Assembly (NCBI GenBank): GCA_950097015.1
Contig: CATNEN010000015.1
Span: 1,240,001 to 1,304,000 of the forward strand
DNA from: Macrostomum hystrix
Lineage: Eukaryota; Animalia; Platyhelminthes
Direction of reading: 5' to 3'
DNA length: 64,000 nt
The notes below the pieces were generated by a model that was not told the DNA's origin, did no database searches, and saw only the letters and a program-made list of their open reading frames with translations. This document shows, piece by piece, positions 62,015-64,000 of this stretch (its first letter is position 1; the number at the start of each line of letters is the position of its first letter). The position numbers and the translations under genes were made by a program.

Positions 62015-62380
62015 AGTCTGTTATTCACTGTACAGTCTGTTATTCACTGTACAGTCTGTTATTCACTGTACAGTCTGTTATTCACTGTACAGTATGTTAT
62101 TCACTGTACAGTCTGTTATTCACTGTACAGTCTGTTATTCACTGTACAGTATGTTATTCACTGTACAGTCTGTTATTCACTGTACAGTCTGTTATTCACT
62201 GTACAGTCTGTTATTCACTGTACAGTCTGTTATTCACTGTACAGTCTGTTATTCACTGTACAGTCTGTTATTCACTGTACAGTCTGTTATTCACTGTACA
62301 GTCTGTTATTCACAGTACAGTCTGTTATTCACTGTACAGTCTGTTATTCACTGTACAGTCTGTTATTCACTGTACAGTCT
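62015..62380. repeat. 19-bp intronic minisatellite
   Basis: (CTGTTATTCACTGTACAGT)n; contains the palindrome ACTGTACAGT. Confidence 0.95.
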
Positions 62381-62484
62381 GTACTTCATGGTGCAGTCTA
62401 TGGTTGAATACACCTGGTCTAGCCCTTTCTGATCACAATGCACACAGTAAATGACGATTCCCTTCGACTGGTCCCGCTGTCCAG

Positions 62485-63085
62485 GTGCTCGGAGCTGGCC
62501 AGCGCTGCTGACGGCATGCGAGCCCGCCTGGCCGAGGCCGGCAGAGATCGCCAGCTGATGGAGCGCAGCTTTGCCAGCCAGCTGTCGGTGGCGGCCGAAC
62601 GGCAGTCCGAGCTGGAGTCGACCATCGCTGAGTTGAAGTCGCGCCTAGCCGAGGCCGCCAGCGAGGTCGACAGGCTGCGCGCCGGCATCGGTGCCCTGTC
62701 CGAGGCGGAGATCGAGCGCCTGGCACCCGCCGCCGCAGCCACCAGCCGCATGCTGAAGCGGGGAAAGACTCTCACGCAGATCTACGCTGAGCACGTGGAG
62801 GTCCAGGGCCAGCTGTCCGCGGCACGCCTGGAGGCTGACAAAGCCAACTTGGCGGTGGCGCATATCCTTGAAGAGATTCAGGCCAAGGTGCCGCTGCTTC
62901 GCCGGCGTCAGGATGAGTACCGGCGGGTCCGGCTGTCCGCCAGTGAGCTGGCCAAGCGGCTCGACGACTCCGTGGCCCAGATGTGCGATCTGAAGCGCGG
63001 CAATGAGGAGCTGGCAAGGAAGGCCGCCTTCTTTGAAAGGGAGAATGCTAGACTGAAGGCCAGGGCTAAAGATCTGGGCGAGCAG
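62485..63085 (+). CDS. TPR: Nucleoprotein TPR internal exon
   Basis: APAAAATSRMLKRGKTLTQIYAEHVEVQGQL...ILEEIQAKVPLLRRRQDEY...FERENARLKARAKDLGEQ resembles the conserved TPR segment ([21 protein letters not shown]...EVEAKAPILKRQREEY, recalled from human TPR). Confidence 0.88.
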
Positions 63086-63109
63086 GTGAGGGGCTCGACT
63101 TTTGACTAT

Positions 63110-63372
63110 TCTGTATGTTGCACGGTTCATTCTGTGTGTTGCACGGCTCATTCTGTGTGTTTCACGGCTCATTCTGTGTGTTGCACGGTTCATTCTGTGT
63201 GTTGCACGGTTCATTCTGTGTGTTGCACGGCTCATTCTGTGTGTTGCAAGGCTCATTCTGTGTTGCACGGCTCATTCTGTGTGTTGCACGGTTCATTCTG
63301 TGTGTTGCACGGTTCATTCTGTGTGTTGCACGGTTCATTCTGTGTGTTGCACGGCTGATTCTGTGTTGCACT
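63110..63372. repeat. 21-bp intronic minisatellite
   Basis: (GTTGCACGGTTCATTCTGTGT)n. Confidence 0.92.
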
Positions 63373-63398
63373 CCACTTGACCATCTCAATCTGCGCAG

Positions 63399-63821
63399 GT
63401 GACTCACCTGCTCGCTGAGGTAGAAGCCGCACGCGGCCGCCCACTAGCCGGAGGTGCTGGGGACGCCAGCTCTGAGGCTGAGGCGGCCCAGCCTGACAGG
63501 TTAGATAACCAGCAGATGGATGAGGGCAGCGGAGGCGGCTCTCTGCTATCCGAGCAGCCTCAATCGACTCAAGATGTCATCAGTAGTTCGCTGCTGACCT
63601 TCTCGGACATTCGCCAGCTTCAGCAGCGCAACATCGGCCTGGTGGAGGCGTCGCGCGAGTTGGCCGCCAGGTTGGAGGTTCTGGAGCGGGAACGTAGCGA
63701 CGCTAGCGAGCTCCGGCTGCGGCTGGAGGCGGCCACATCCGAGCTGGAGTTGGCCCGCACCGCTGACAGGCAGCACCGAGACCTGCTGCGCGTGGCCAGT
63801 CAGCAGCGGGACATGTACAAG
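63399..63821 (+). CDS. TPR: Nucleoprotein TPR internal exon
   Basis: GCGCAG|GTG acceptor; VTHLLAEVEAARG...QDVISSSLLTFSDIRQLQQRNIGLVEASREL resembles TPR IRVLLMELEEARG...[25 protein letters not shown]; 423 nt; AAG|GTGAGC donor. Confidence 0.85.
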
Positions 63822-63861
63822 GTGAGCACTGCCTCCTCTTCTGGTGCTGAGTTCTTCATGC

Positions 63862-64000
63862 GGTTTCACCCTGAGCTCCCTAGGTTTCACCCTCAGTCCC
63901 CTAGGTTTCACCCTCAGTCCCCTAGGTTTCACCCTCAGTCCCCTAGGTTTCACCCTCAGTCCCCTAGGTTTCACCCTGAGTCCCCTAGGTTTCACCCTCA
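63862..64000. repeat. 21-bp intronic minisatellite (continues past the window)
   Basis: (CTAGGTTTCACCCTCAGTCCC)n. Confidence 0.9.

Noticed and set aside
61835-62454. Hydrophobic, Cys-rich ORFs (LLFTVQSVIHCTVCYSLYS repeats)
   Set aside because: 19-bp minisatellite inside a TPR intron.

Overview
Animal (eukaryotic) genomic DNA with spliced genes, dense transposon debris and satellites. The short GC-rich exons and minisatellite-filled introns resemble a flatworm such as Macrostomum, but this is inference only. Main contents: (1) a two-exon gene for a secreted WSC + PAN/apple-like protein (288-1997, +). (2) A minus-strand tandem family of five loci across about 5.7-38.5 kb. The 4-exon gene encodes signal peptide + two copies of an unrecognised ~95-aa domain + variable linker + fibrinogen C-terminal (FBG/FReD) domain. 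One copy is intact (32162-34955, 604 aa), one is frameshifted, one is 5'-truncated and two are isolated pseudo-exons. The FBG ligand-binding subdomain is hypervariable and the copies look like mosaics of each other. (3) Transposon relics: a 2A-peptide/PHD/APE non-LTR element, a Maverick/Polinton integrase + minor capsid relic, an RNase H-bearing LOA/R1-like LINE interrupted by a solo LTR, Gypsy and BEL/Pao fragments, SINEs and a tyrosine-recombinase relic. (4) A 20-bp satellite (about 39.9-42.8 kb) abutting an 18.5-kb 29-bp satellite with nested higher-order repeats. (5) Three internal exons of nucleoprotein TPR (61465-63821, +) whose 5' exons are not visible in the window. Repeat and TE boundaries are approximate; exon coordinates were derived by hand from GT-AG sites and phase.
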